Shown here one piece after another: positions 36,330-50,421 of a stretch of DNA of 64,000 bases. The position numbers and the translations under genes are program-made. This stretch comes from Monocercomonoides exilis PA203 (taxonomy: Eukaryota > Protista > Preaxostyla). The stretch lies in the NCBI GenBank assembly GCA_001643675.2, contig LSRY02000038.1, positions 310,001-374,000 on the forward strand, given 5' to 3'. Numbering within the stretch: the stretch's first letter is position 1; each line of letters begins with the position of its first letter. Below the pieces are notes generated by a model that was not told the DNA's origin, made no database searches, and saw only the letters and a list, made by a program, of their open reading frames with translations.

Positions 36330-37630
36330 GGTGATTGTTCAGAAACTCTTTTCCAGCAAAGCAGTTTCAATGGAGCCAAGCAAGAGATGAAAATCAAAGA
36401 AGTGTGATAGAATGCTTTTCAAGATGATAGAGAAAGAAAATTTTTTCATCCTCTGCGAAGATCTTTTCAATGAGTTTTGCAAAACAATGAGAGAAGAGAA
36501 AATATCAGTGGAATATTCTGTTCTCCTTTGAGGGCACATTTGCCATTGCAAATCTCATTAAGAAACTCGGACCGAATGACTCAATAAACACCAGCAAGCA
36601 AATTTAACAAAAGAATGATCACAGAAGATGAGGTGTGAACAAAAGAAAGAAAGGAAAAATATTGATTGGCCTTTGTGAATTCTTTCTATTTCTATTATTC
36701 TGAAGATATCGCATACCAATGAAAGTTCTCTTCAAGCACATTGCTCGCCAGTTGAAACTTGCGTCAAATGAATATGATGGAATGAAGAACATAAAAGTTG
36801 TTGAAATTGAAAATTAGTTTTGACAGGCGTTGCTATTGATAAAGTGTGAGAAAGATAGTGTTTTTTTTTTTTCAAAAAAGAGATAAAAATTTGAATGAAA
36901 AAAAACTTGAAAAAAGATTTGTCAATTGATCTGTTCTTGTTTGAAACGAGGTAAGCTTTCAAGCGTATTCAGGAACACAAGTTCCTGACTCGACTTGAAT
37001 ATCAACCTATTTGTTAGCTTTCACTTGAAGATAGTTCAAGAAAATGTGAATTGTGAAGCACATGTGTGAATGTGCTCCATTTCTAAAAAAAGCAAGAGAA
37101 CAGGAAGAGCTAAAAAGGAATAGAGCTTGAAAGAAAAGAGTGAAACTGAAAGATGAAGAAAATTTGGTGGAAATGAAGACAAAAAAGATGTGGTGAACAA
37201 AACTTGAGACATTTCATAGGTTTTTCCAGATGAAGAGCGTAGAAAGCACAAAGCCCCTTTCGAGCATTGTGAAGCTTTGCTGAACAACGATGAAGTGTGG
37301 TGGTGAAATATTCTTTTGAAAATGTTTGTGTCCTTTTAATGGCGATTTGAACCATTGTTTTGAAAACAGAGGAATTTCTTTTGAAAAGTGTATTGAATGA
37401 ATATGTTTTGGATGGATAAATGTGATTGCCACTGAAATATGATATGACCTCTCATTTTGTCAGAGGTGATGAGATGCTTTCTGCAAGTTATCCTCATCAA
37501 CGAGCTCTCAAGACAATGAATGAATTAAAAAAAGAAGATTGAAAGACTGATTGCAGAAAAACTGGAATCGGCAGAGGATGAAGGCATGATTGTCTTTTTC
37601 TTCAAGAAAATAGTTATTCGTTCTTGCATA
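36330..37630 (+). pseudogene. Heavily decayed copy of the expanded family (absent from the ORF track)
   Basis: Manual translation gives EDLFNEFCKTMREEKISVEYSVLL*, KEKILIGLCEF, QEHKFLTRLEYQ and EKLESAEDEGMI in the family order, with stops and frameshifts. Confidence 0.65.
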
Positions 37631-40600
37631 TGAGTTTTTCTTTGAGTTTTCCTTCAATTGACGATGAAATATTGACAATTTTTGTTTTTATTTTTCCTTA
37701 TTTCACAAAAACGTTTCTTATCATTGACTTGTTTTATTTGATTTTGAAATTAGTTGTTAATATGTGTGGAACTTGAAGGGAAACCTCTCAAATCATTTGC
37801 TTTCAAAATTTATAAAAATTTGGAAATCCTGAAAATAGTTTTTTTGTAAATTAATTGTAAATTGCAATCTAAAAGAGCAAGAAATGCAAATTCAACATGA
37901 AAGAAAATAAATAAAATGTGAATTGACTTTTTCAATAGTGAGCAACGATAATGCTTGCAATAAAGCATCAATATAAATTATCAAAAAAAAGAAAAAAGAA
38001 AATGACTTTGAAGTCGAAGTGGAAGCAGAGAAACATTCAACTTCATTAATATTCAATCTTCATAAACATATAGAAATAATTATGACAAAAAATTGGAGTT
38101 GAAAACATACAAATAAAAGAAATGTTTAATCAGACAAATAAAACACAACGCCAGAATCTTGATAAAAAGCATGAAACAAGACAATTTCAAATGAAATCAC
38201 AACCTGGCTCATTTGTTCCATTAACAAAAATAAAAATCTTCAATTTCGATCAAATATTCGTTTTACTTTTAAATAGCGAATGAAAATGAAAAAGCGCACA
38301 AAATTGAAGATGAATAAAACAGAAGGATATCAAAATATGTCAAACAAAGAAAAAAGCACAAACGAAAAATCACACATATTTCAAATAAATCAATTCTGTT
38401 TAGAATATCATATTTCACAAAAGAAAACAGAATTATAATACATATCAGGAAAAACATAGAAAATGCTCAACTTCAGCGGCTCCACATATTAAAGTTGATT
38501 TTTTCTAAAGAAACATGAAAATACTTCAAAAAAGAAAAGAAAATGAAAGCTGATAAAATTTTATGGTAGAAGATATGATTTGTTGGGGAAAATCGAATAA
38601 AACTCACTTTTTTTGAATGAAAGTTCAATGAATCTTCTGAATTCCACAAAAACAACAGCTTAAACAGCTCAAATGATGGCCAATTGAAACTTTTCGTTCT
38701 GCCAGATAGAATTCTCGTTCTTCTCGAATGATCCTTTTGGCTTTGAATCTTTTGTTGTTAAATTATTTCTCTTTCTTCAAATTTCTCTCCTTTTTCATTA
38801 AATTCTTCTGAATTGCTTCAAAGCTCTTCTTTTTCTTTAATTCACAAAATGTTTTTGTCAATCAAAAAGTTTAATAACACTTTTCCTTCCTTTTCCAAAA
38901 GATTCTGTTCTTCTTCATTCAACAAAGCCAGCTTTTGGGGTAATTGCTCACTTTTCGATGAAACACAACAAACAGCAGGAGAAGATGGCGAAGACAGACA
39001 AAATTTAACATACGTTGCTCAAAAACGCCATTCCCTTTCATTCCCGATTCACAACATTTCTGCTGTTACAAATCATCCAACATTTCGTTTTCTTTATTTC
39101 CTTCTTCTTCTTCTTCTTCAGTTATTTCACATTTCTTTTCTTTCTTCTTCTTCTTCTTCTTCTTTCTCTTTTTCGTTGTCTGTTCTTCTTCTTCTTCTTC
39201 ATTTTCATGTTCATCATTTGCTTTCAAATGTTTTTGTTTTTTCCCTTTCCTTCTTTTCCCCTTCTTCCCCTTCTTTTTCTCTTTCTGCCTTGTGGCTGTT
39301 TCATTGACATTCTCATCGACCATTCCCCTTTCATCCATTTCATTGTATGACAGCTGAGACAAAATGTTTGCTTCTACGACAACTCCTGCTGAATGCACTG
39401 CCAATCCATTTGCTTGCCATCCGCCTTCATTCCACTCACACGAAGCAGTCGACGAAGGCAAAATCTGCCTCACAATGTCTTCAACAAATGAATCTCCCAA
39501 CATTTCATTTTCTGCTCTTTGCTCAAAATGAACTGCTGATTCATTCAATCTTCCTGGAATGCTGTTCAAGTGCTGTGTGACTGATGCATTTTCATTCGAA
39601 AGAAGAGAGGCACTCGACGAATTGCTTCTGAATGAATATGCTCCGTTTTCCGAATTTGGTTTCAAATATTCAACTGCCTTGGTTGCTTTTGATGTTTGGC
39701 TTCTGCAATGCTCATCATCACAAGCTCTGCCACTCTGTTGTTTCATCAACTCTCCCAAATGCTTTTCACTTTCTGTGAAATTCATTTGCTTATTTTTCAA
39801 GTAGTTGCCTTCATTCTCTTCTGCCTCTGACTTCAGCACGAAAACTGATTGAGTTGTTGCTCCAATATCATTAATTTGTACAGGCTGCACATTTCCATCT
39901 GAATGTGCTTCCATCACTGGATTTCTTTCCATTCTGCCTTCTTCTTTAAGCACCTCCTGTTTCTCTCTCTTTTCATCAGTCTCTTCTTTCTCATCCAACT
40001 CATCTTCCTCTCCAATATCGATCCACTCCTTTGATCCCCTCTTCTTCTTCTTCTGCTTCTTCTGCTTCTTCTGAACCACAACCAGAATCGCACACACTGC
40101 CACAACAGCAATCGCCACACCACCAACAGCCACAACAACAATCCACCAAGCAAACTGCTTCGGCTGTTCTGCGCTGCCTTCGCCGCTTCCCCTCGCTGAG
40201 CCTGACATGTTCTGCACAAGAACGCATTCTGTCTTCACAACACAGCCTCCACTCCCATCCTCCCCAGAAATCGTATCTTCTCTCAGCTTCAGCACTGCCC
40301 GAACATAAATCTGCATTTCTGTGCCGCCAAACAGAGACAGCAGCTGACTCTTCGGCACTTCCACCACAACTTCCTCTGGCTGCTCAAAAGTGCTCCTCCA
40401 AAACGGCATCCGGATCACCTGCTTTTCGGCTGTTGCATTCGACGCATCCGTCCCCCAGCACTCGAACGACACGAGACACGAAAGAAGATTCTTTCCAGTG
40501 AAATGAACAGAAATGTCTTCTTCGTCTTCGCTCCGAACATTCCCCGAAATATGTGGCCGGCAGAAAAGATACACTTTTTGAGGAAATTCCCTCAGCTCTT

Positions 40601-41331
40601 CTTCAGCAAGATGGCAGTCTTTGTCTCTTGTCGAGTCGAAAATCCCTCTGACAGCGCATTGATTGCTTTGCATCCACATTTCCAGATACTCCCCTTCGTC
40701 CAGACGATCTGGATCTCTTCTGCCAGTCTCATTGATAAATGAACGGATTTCAAGCTCACCCCTCTCACACAAAACGTTCCGCTGCACTGAAATATAATTT
40801 GCTGAGTCTGCTGCGTTGCCCACAAACGAAACATCATCAAGAACTGTTTTCCCTTCAACCACTTTCAAAGCTCCAAAAGACGAATTTGTAAATATGACAT
40901 AAAAGATATTTGTTGTGCATTTTTTAAAGGAAAAAACTGTTCTCTCAAATTGGCAGCTCAAATGTTCTTCTTCTTCTTTCCCGTTTTCTTCATAATTCTC
41001 ATTCTCAGTCGCTTTCGTTCCTGCTGCTAAATTGCTTGAGCCAATCATAATTATTGAGCTCAGCGAAATATTGCTGTTCTCAATATTCAGCAAAGTTCCT
41101 CCACTTTCACGAATTTGTGCATAGAAAATATTTGAATAGCGAATATCAAAATCCACATAGTTAGCTCGAATCAATGAGGCAAAATTGTTTACACAGAAAT
41201 TACTTCCATTGAGGCCTAATAGGGTTATAATTGACATTAATGAGGGACCAGCACCAGCAAATCAAAATGGTGACACAGCAAATGTGACGCAATTGCTGTC
41301 ATCCAAACATTCAACATTAAACACATGAATA

Positions 41332-43370
41332 GGGTCATCTTTTTATTGGCACTTTTTTCTTTATTGGCACCAAAATTTTTTGAAATGAAAAAAAGTTAAA
41401 AACACATCAAAAAAATACAAAACTCGAATCAATTACTCTTCTCACTTTTCTTTTTCCATTTTCACGTTCAAAGGGGTCAAATTCATCACTTGTTTCATCG
41501 TCATCATTCTTAATTTTTCTGAATTTTCTTTTCACTTTTTTCTCCAAAGGCAATTCTTCTTCTTCAATTTCATTTTCTTTTTCAACATTTTCTTCAATTT
41601 CCTTTTCTTTTTCTTCAATTTCTTCAATTTTCATCTTGTGTTTTTCATTATATTCATCCCATTCATCAAGAAGTTTTTCTTTTGTTATTTCTTTTCCGAA
41701 GAAGTCGAAACAATGTGAATGAGAAGGAATGGAGTATTGAGAAGACTGAGGAAGCTTCATTAGAACCGATCCAGATCCATTGCTGAGGACTCCGCTGTTA
41801 ATGAAGGCTTTTTTGATCACCGATGGGGTGAATGCTGTGTGAAGGGCTTGTGGCAACACATCTGCAACAGCTGTTCTTTTCGAAGATGAGGAGGTGGATG
41901 ATGGAGAGCTGTAATTGTTTGATAGCTCTGACTTCAATACTGCAAATACGCCTCTGTCCAGCGGCTGCGATATGTGCGTGGTGTGCGGAACGAAGGTGAT
42001 GACATCAATTTCCGCTTCGTTGAACTGTCTCCATATCGTTGGATCTGCCCGCGATGAGTGCGAGTCCAGGAGAAGAAGGCAACGATGAGATTCTTTTTGA
42101 ATTCGCTTTCTTCTGTCAATGATAGCTGGCAGCAGAACTGTTAAGGCGTATTTTTTGAATGACGTTTTATCCATCCAGCCGTTTGTGTTTGGCCAAATGT
42201 CAAGCGACGGCGTCAACAGTGTTGTCAGTTCTTTCGGAAGATTTGCACTCGGCCACAGCACGACAGACGGAAGCGAGAAGCCATCAGCAGCGATTCCAGC
42301 AACGAGAGTAGCATTCGGCATCCGTTCGGCAGTCTTTTTGAACCCAGCTTGCTCATCTGTTGGATGAACAACAACGCCACGTGTGGAAGTCGGAATTCGA
42401 AGCGAAGATTCGTCAACATTGAAGATTAATTCTTCTGGATATTTGTTTTCATTGTGTAATGATTGTAATTCTGTATACCACGGCTTTAGGACTTTCTGAC
42501 AAGATGCTGCAAGTCTGTTGATATCAACTTGCTTTGGCAGCGAGGACTTCAGTTCCGGATGTCTCTGTATGAAGGCGTAAACTGTCTTTAAAGTTACAGT
42601 CTTTTTCTTATTTTCTTCTTTTTCTCCTTCTTCTTCACTATCGTTAATTATATTTTCCATCTAAATACCAATTAATATACAATTCAAATAACAATTGCAA
42701 ACCAGATCACGCGCTTTTCGTAACGAGAGGCTTGTCCCTGATCGAGATTCTATTGTAACTTCTTCTAAGAATTGCTTTTCTTTTTCGCCGCTAATAATTG
42801 GTGGGTGACCAACTTTTGCAATAGGCCTTCCATTTTTTATGGCTTTAACAGCGTGCTCCAATGACTTCTTACTGATTCCGCCGTATTTGACTCCATCGAC
42901 CAGCCTGACAACATTGTCATTAACAATGTGCGCAATCCTTTCTAATCTCGAACTATATTTTCTGTAATGAAATGAAGACATTGCTTCCTTCAGCCGCTTC
43001 TGCGCCGCTTCAGCTTTCTTTTTCACTAGTAATTTCATTTATATATTATGGGTAATGATCGTTAATAAATTTTTTAATTTATTAATTCTCATTAAAGAAT
43101 TTTTAATTAATATTAAAATTTTTGAATGAATTAGAAATATTTACAAACCTTTGTGCAGTCCAATTTCTCACGAAAGCTCAATGGAAGGACTTGAACCCCC
43201 CCATTTCCCCCCATGAGAAATTGGATTTCTTTCAAAATTCAAATATTAGAATACTTGACATTTGTATATATACCAAAAATATATTTTAAAATATCATTTG
43301 TGGGTCAGATTAATTTTTATTTAAAAAAAAAGTACCAATAAAGAAAAAAGTGCCAATAAAAAGATGACCC
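41332..43370 (-). mobile_element. Tc1/mariner-pogo DNA transposon, 2039 bp, 39-bp TIRs, TA target duplication
   Basis: TIR gggtcatctttttattggcacttttttctttattggcac at 41332-41370 and its inverse at 43332-43370 (1 mismatch). TA at 41330-41331 and 43371-43372. Removing the element restores the host frame (ATHGD/IHVFNVEC). Confidence 0.95.
41407..43038 (-). CDS. pogo-family (DDE_1) transposase, DD35D, 2 exons, ~529 aa
   Basis: Exons 43038-42703 and 42660-41407 with a 42-nt phase-0 GT-AG intron. Motifs IFNVDES, NGWMD, LLLLDSHSSR and PHTTHISQPLDRGVF, with 35 residues between the 2nd and 3rd Asp. Confidence 0.92.
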
Positions 43371-46300
43371 TATCACCATGTGTCGCCTTCACAAGATGTA
43401 TCTTCACTGGAATATCTCCAAATGGTGGACGAACAAAGCAAACACAATCCAAGCGAACACATTCAGAATTATAACCAGTTGCAATCAACGCAAATCCTGC
43501 ATCATCTGTCGTCGTGCTGCCAGCCTGATTCCTGTCCAAAGTTGCTGGAAACTGGAAAGCCAATCTTTCAAAATAAACAAAATGCTCAAACGTGAACAGA
43601 TCGTGTTCTGACTGAATATTGCAATCTATTGCAACTGTTTCATTATATCCCCCGTTTGCTGAAAATCCTCTTATGCTCATATTTCTGGCTTTGCTAAATG
43701 TCACAACTTCTGCTTTCAAAGCACCTGAATCCTTCAACACGGAAATATTAAGTTCGGTTTTTCCTTCCGCTAATTTCTCATATGCATCTTTCAAACTGCC
43801 CATCGGCTCTTCCTTCGTCAGACCATTGCCACGTCCCCCATTCTTCGCATATACACAGGTTATGTTTGGAGGTGACAGCTGAGGATCAAAATATGTTGAT
43901 GTGAAATCAACATCATTTCCATCTGCTCCTTTCGCTGCAACAAACCACAAATGAAATGCACATATGTAATCGGCTGCAAAACTGACTTCATAGCTGCTGC
44001 TATTTCCTCATAAAGGCTCACTGGTACATCCAAATACAATCCCATTCTCTTGATTGAATTGCCTTTTCCTGCTGTGCAACCAGCAAATACCAAATTCTCT
44101 TTTGCTGTTGGCCATTTCAATTTGGAAGCATCAGTTATTCCTGTCATCTTCAAATATATTCCCTCTGATTTCTTATTTTCGCAGGTGCATAAAGTAAATG
44201 TTGTTGGGACTGTATTTCCAATCGAAAATGTGCTATCAGCTGAGACGCTTTCAACATAAAGTGCTCCACTTGTCGCTGTTGTTGTCCCGCTTGAAACGCA
44301 TCCGGTAAATGTGCAGCTGTTTAATGAAATCTCAATTTTATTTGTGCTTGACGTTTTCATCACTGCGCTTGCACTTGATATTATCTTGTACAAAATCAAT
44401 GATGTCTATGAAACTGTTGCTGCTCCATCCACCATAAATGGAGTTACAGTAAAAGCAACATCTGTTTCTGAATGAATGCATTCAACCTGATTCATAATCA
44501 ATGTTCCTGCACTCACTTTCACAAGATGAATATTAACTTCTCCTGTCGTTGGTCGAACAAATTCACAAGTGTCAATTACGAGAGAAACTGACTCTGCATC
44601 AGCATGAATAAGCGCGAATGAACCTGCATTTTCTTTCAATGTTCCACTGCTTTGTGTTAATATCGTTGGGAAGTTGAATATCAAGTATTTAAATGAAACA
44701 TGTTGTTTGCACGTGAATAGATCACTATTTGATTTTGCATCGCAATCAATCTCAACTTTCCCATTCGTTCCATCTGCATTGATAATTCCTTCAATCGTGA
44801 TTCCTGTTGACTTGTCGAATGTTATTGCTTCAGCTTTAAGAGCATCACCTTTGATAATCTTTATAGCAAATCCTTGATCGCTTGTTACTGCAAGCAAATC
44901 ACATGCTCCGCGTAGACTTCCAATAGGTGTTTCAAATGTTGTTCCATCTCCATCAGTCACTCCGCTTTTGACAAACACAGTTGTCGCCGTATTCGCTGGA
45001 TCGGTTGTTTGCGACAAAACAGAAAATGCAACAAATATCACAGATACACACTGTACAAGCATGATTTGATTTTTCTAACAATTCAAATACTGCAATAATT
45101 CACTGATTGATATAAACAACAAAAGAACTCATTTACCAACAACATGTCTTATAATATGATGGATTCGATATTTTTTTTGCTTTTTGATTCAATTTACCAT
45201 ATTTTTATATTCATTGTTAGATAAATAAAATGAGTCGATTTCAGCCATAATGTCAGTTAAATTGAGGTCTTTGATTGATAAACTTTTCTAAATTTTTAAT
45301 TTGCAGTGAAGATTTTACAGAATACCACCTCGCACATTTTAAGAGTTTGAAGTATTTTTTTTTTTCATTGCTCTGATTCATTTTCCATTCAAAATCAAAC
45401 AAAATGTTGATGAAGAAAACATGTGAGAATCATCATTTTCCCCATCTTCCTTCAGTTGTTATCATTTTTCCTCAGACCTCTGAAAAGTCATATTCATTTG
45501 TTTTAGTCATTTTTCTTGAAGCGGTGATTGTGCATCTCCTCGAAGCAGAGTTTTCTTCAGAAATAATTTGCTTTATTCAAAAAATTTTGCAATTCAGCTG
45601 CATAACAGATGCTGATGGGCGCATCCTATCTCCGAATTCGTTCAAGGAATTACGAAAAAATTATTTTATTCTTCTGATACAAATCCGCAGGCGGGAATTT
45701 CATATTTAAATATTTGACTGCTTTTTTTTTGGAGTCATTTTCCTGAGCATATGGGAAACGAAATTTACATTATTGAAAATAACCTGTTTTCTATTCAATA
45801 ATTGTCGCATTGCAAATCATTTCAATGAAAACAGCTCCAACATCGAATTTACAGATGTGAATGATTTGCTATTACAACGCATTTGCAGTGCAGTGAGCAC
45901 GATGACTGTTCTGTTGGAAATTGAAGTGCTTGGCAATTATGATCTTTTTATCCTCAGTTTCAATTTTAACAAATTCAAATGTGCGTCTGTGAAGTCTGAA
46001 TCGAGTGATATTCAAGTTGCTGAGAAAAAAAGAAAGCATTTGAATTTTCTGTGCTATCATTCTGTGGGAAAGGACAAATGCAGCAAACAATTCAATAAAC
46101 CAGAATAACTGATGTGCCAAGTGATCTATCAGAGATGCAATTTGCATTTCAGTTGCTCAAATGACAAATGAAGATGAGCATTTCAACGGAAAAAAGAAAA
46201 TGACTGTTTTTGCTGTTTATATAAGCTTGCTAGCACAGAAGATAGACAACAGCGACACTTTGCTGCAAAACTTCCGTTCTTTCATTGAATGGCCCTCTCA

Positions 46301-47766
46301 AATGCAAACTTTATTTTTCTGTCGTTTAATTTTTATTTTGGTTTGTTTTAATTTTTGTTTTAATTTTTATTTTGTTTTGTTTTGTTGTCTTTCTGTTTGT
46401 TTGCTGTCAGCCCGCGAGCAGTGAGTGAATGCTGATTGGCACTCTTCGCTGTGCGTGTCAAGTCGATTCCTGTGCTCTGACTTGGAATGATTCTTTCACA
46501 AAATGAGTGATGATGCTTCTCACTTCTATGCATCAGCATTAATATTCAATCCATTTTCTGAGATGGGAAAAAAAGAAAAGAAAAGAAAAGAAACATATTC
46601 TTTTTTCGTGTCTTTTTTTTTTAGCCAACAAATTCATCGACTGCATCTTCTTTTCCATTCAATGTCTTTTCATCTTCTGTCATTGCAATCTCATCTCAAG
46701 CAAAATAACCACAGAAAATGACAATCAACACACATAACACAATGAACTTATCTTCTGTTCAGTCTATTTCTTCTTCTTCCTCCTCCTCTTCCTCTTCATT
46801 CATCATCTCTTTCATTGTCTCCTTCATCTGCTGATGGAAAATGCAACAGAAGATGACTCGAGCTGCGTTGAAAGCTTTGCTGCTGTCATTTGCAATCATT
46901 TCAATCACTTTCGATAAGAAGCAGAAAATGGAAGATCTTCAAACTTTTGGAGTGCCTGGCAAAACAATCAGAAAGAATTGGCCTGAGAAAAGGAGAAGAG
47001 AATGCAACTTAAAGTTTTGCATCCAAACTTCATCTCTGTTTAATAGTTGAGAGAAAGTTTTTTTCGCAATTTTTGTTTCTATTTTGTTTGTTTCAAAACA
47101 ATTTTTTTTCTTTTTCTTTTAAATAAATTCTTTATGCTGTTAGAAAGTTTGTTGCATTTTGTAATTTCAAGTTATTCGATCAGCTCACAATTTATCTTCA
47201 GAAAATGTATGATTATTTTCTTTCAAATTTTTTCTAGAATTTCACGAACAAAATTGATTTCCAAAAGATTGGAACTCAAAAAATATAATGGAAACACAGG
47301 CATTTGAAATTTGATAAATTTGTTTGTGAAGGATTATTATTTTGTTTAATCAAAATATTTGTTTTCAATGAAAGATTGATAAAGTGTTTAAAAGAAGATT
47401 GCAAAAACAAAGATAAGTTTAAAGAAAAAAGAAAAATAAATAAAGTGATGGAAAAATAGATAACACAGTATAATTATAATATTTTCCTTCCAAAAATGAT
47501 GATGATTGAATAATATTATTTCAATAATCTCTTTCTTAAGCTTTTCGTGATTGTCTTTCACATTCTCATTTTTGAAACAAATGTTTTCTTCAAAACCTAT
47601 GTGGAAAAAATAAATATTAAATCTTGAATGATTGTTTGATTTGAAAAAAGAACGGGCAAATGGTTCTTAAAAGCCATCTCACAAATCTTTATTAAACAAA
47701 AAAATAATTAAAGAGAGCATGTTGTTTTTTTATTTAAAGAAGAATGATATGTGGAAAAATCGGTAT

Positions 47767-48942
47767 TTATTTATCAGCCTCCCATTCAGATGCATCAGCT
47801 CCATCTCCATCCCCATCTGATGATGTATCTGTTTCACGCACATAATCTTTCTTTGAAGATTCATCTTCGTGAAACATTTCAGTGTCAGCCTCTTCTTTCT
47901 CTTCTTCTGGACCAAAAGCTTCATTTTCAAGAGTTTTGCATTCCTTATCTCTGTGATTCATAACATTCAACGCAAAAACGGAAAACTCAACTTTTCGATT
48001 TCTGAAAAGCAAAAATGAATAGTTTTATTTTTGCATTCAATTTTCATCACTCCATGTGAAGCCATAAACAAACAAAGAACTGTTCACAATGCTTTTGAAA
48101 TGTTTTTGCAATCCCCGGAGATTGGATCTGAATAAGTGTGAAATAACATTTAATTGAAAAAAAGAAGAAAAACTTTTATCAGAGAAAACAGAACCCCACA
48201 AAATGCTCTGAATGATAGACAGTCTTGTTCGTGAATTCATTCTCACTTAAAAAGGAACACACTTTCCATTGAACAGAGGGAATTTCTATTCAGGAACGAA
48301 TAAACTTTTTTGATTAACGGAAGTGACACAAAAGCAGGTCGATTGGCAACAGGATAAACAAATGCTTTTCCTCCACGTTCCTGAGCACCGAAAATCCATA
48401 TATGCTTCTTCGCACGACTTAACAAAAAAGTTCAATTTATAATTAAGTTTCGATAGATAAAGAATCAAAAACTCTCTTGTATTTTCGCCTTCTTCAAATA
48501 GCTTCGTCAATTTCAACTATGCGGCCAGGACCTCCTATGGGAGTTTGGATTCCTCCTATCATCCGAACGCATGTTCTCGGGCGAATGCAATAATGATATA
48601 AAACACCTTGTCTTTCTCATGAAGTGAGAGATGATATTTGTTTTTTTATGAGGCGACGGTTAAAGAAATTAAGATCTGAATAAGATTTGAAATTGAAAGC
48701 CTAGATTTTGAAAACGGAGTTCCTGTTCTATGAGAGACTTCTTTTCGGCATTTGTGGCATCTGAAGAACCATTTTCCTTCACTTCCTCTAATTAAATTCA
48801 TTAATGAACGACAAGTTGCTATTGTGCATCTTCTTTTTGTGTTCACAGTATTATCGTGGAGCCATTGCATTGTTTCTTCATTTTGAAAAAAATATTCAAT
48901 AAATTCTGTTTTTCTGCAATTTAATGATACAATATATGACAT
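47767..48942 (-). pseudogene. Decayed Merlin/IS1595 (ISXO2-like) DDE transposase
   Basis: Zn-ribbon C...C...RCHKCRKEVSHRTGTPFSKSRL, then IGGPGRIVEIDEA..RRKY (~48545-48480), WIFGAQERG..AFVYPVANR and TVYHSEHFV, in family order with stops and frameshifts. No TIRs identified. Confidence 0.8.
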
Positions 48943-50421
48943 TCGTTTATGTTTTTTGGTATAATAAGTTTATTATTTCATAAATAAAATCTATTATTTC
49001 ATTCACAAATATTCAAAAATTTTTATGGGTTAATCAAAAATTTTAAAAATAAATTTGATTTTTCCACTGATAAACGAGTGAGTTTTCTTTTCAAAAGCAT
49101 TTTGAACATATGGTGAAAAATATTTTTCTTCGGGCATTTTCATTAAAAAAAATATGCACTTTTCATGGACTTTTTGAAATCAAAAAAACTCAATAAAATA
49201 GGGTTCATTTTTTGACAGATGTGATATGACACAAAACATTTTGTTTTTATATCAATGATGCCTGTCAACGGATATGTAAGTCAAATTTTTTTTGAATTCT
49301 GAGAATGCTAAATAAAGTTATGAGAGAAATAATTTTTTTGTACTTTGTGCAAAAAAAGCTTGAAAGTCCGTATTTTCCCCCATATGATCAAAAGTTTATT
49401 TTAAATTTTGGAAAGTTGGTGAATGTGTTTCACATTCCCAAGAATTCCTCAAATGTTTTGGATTAAACAAATTTTGGATGAAATTTCTGGTTGTGTGAAA
49501 AATACAAAGATTTATTCCAAACTATTTCTGAAATAAGATCATAATAAGTCTTGTATACACATGCAAATAAATATAGAAAATTGTTTAAATTGAGAAAAAT
49601 AAAAGAAATTATTGAGTAGAACAAAATTCATAAAGCAAAGTATTTTGTCACATTTGAAAAAGATTTTCAAGTGAAAAAATTGTGCCTTTCAAAATAACTT
49701 ATATTTTTTGACATTTTTCATCAATTGCTTATTTATTATTTTGTGTATTCATTAATTTTCTACCTCATTTTATTGAAAAAAAGAAATATCAGAACTTAAT
49801 CTTTAACCATAAGAAAAATTTTATGAAATGACGAATGCTTTTATCTCTGAACTCGATTATTTTGGATTGGCAAGATATGTTTCGGGAGAAATGAAGACAA
49901 TCAACAACGTTGACGGGAAAATAAATAAATAAAAGATAAATAAAATAAATAAATAAATAAAGTGAAGAAATAAATACACAAGCAATATATATACATAAAT
50001 AAATATAAATCAGAATTTCTCTCCAACTGAATGTTGCGCTCTTCATCTTTCTTTTGATTCATTTCATTCTTCGATTTCCCTTCTCAAACAAAATCTTTCT
50101 TTTCTTTCTTCTCTTTCTTCAATTCCTTTTTCCTTTTTCCTTTTTCCTTTTTCCTTTTTCCTTTTTCCTTTTTTTAACTTTCCTTCCATTCCTTTTTTTC
50201 TTTTCTTTCATGTTCTCTGATTTCGATGAAGAATTTGAATAAATTCAAAAAGACACTTTGATTGATGATGAAGAAGATGAATTATGATAATTTTGATTGA
50301 AAGAGATGAGCTTCAAAAGAGATGAATAATGAATGAGAAATCAGCAGCAGAATTGGCAGATGGATGAATGAAATGAAAAAGCACAAATTGGTTAGTTGAA
50401 GAGTTGATTAAATTGCAATTG

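Larger units (their letters stand above)
39066..45062 (-). pseudogene. Broken beta-helix surface/TM protein gene interrupted by a pogo transposon
   Basis: Signal peptide at 45062, in-frame TAG at 44406, frameshift near 43950, insertion at 41332-43370 and in-frame TGA at 41262-41264. The 723-aa remainder carries YISVQRNVLC and TM WWIVVVAVGGVAIAVVAVCAILVVV. Confidence 0.75.

Noticed and set aside
43159-43225. tRNA gene
   Set aside because: Only a T-arm-like hairpin is present; there is no D arm, anticodon arm or cloverleaf.
45400-47400. Short ORFs between the broken surface gene and the Merlin relic
   Set aside because: No recognisable motifs or consistent exon structure; possibly decayed sequence that I cannot assign.
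47640-49400. TIRs for the Merlin relic
   Set aside because: No convincing inverted pair was found by eye.
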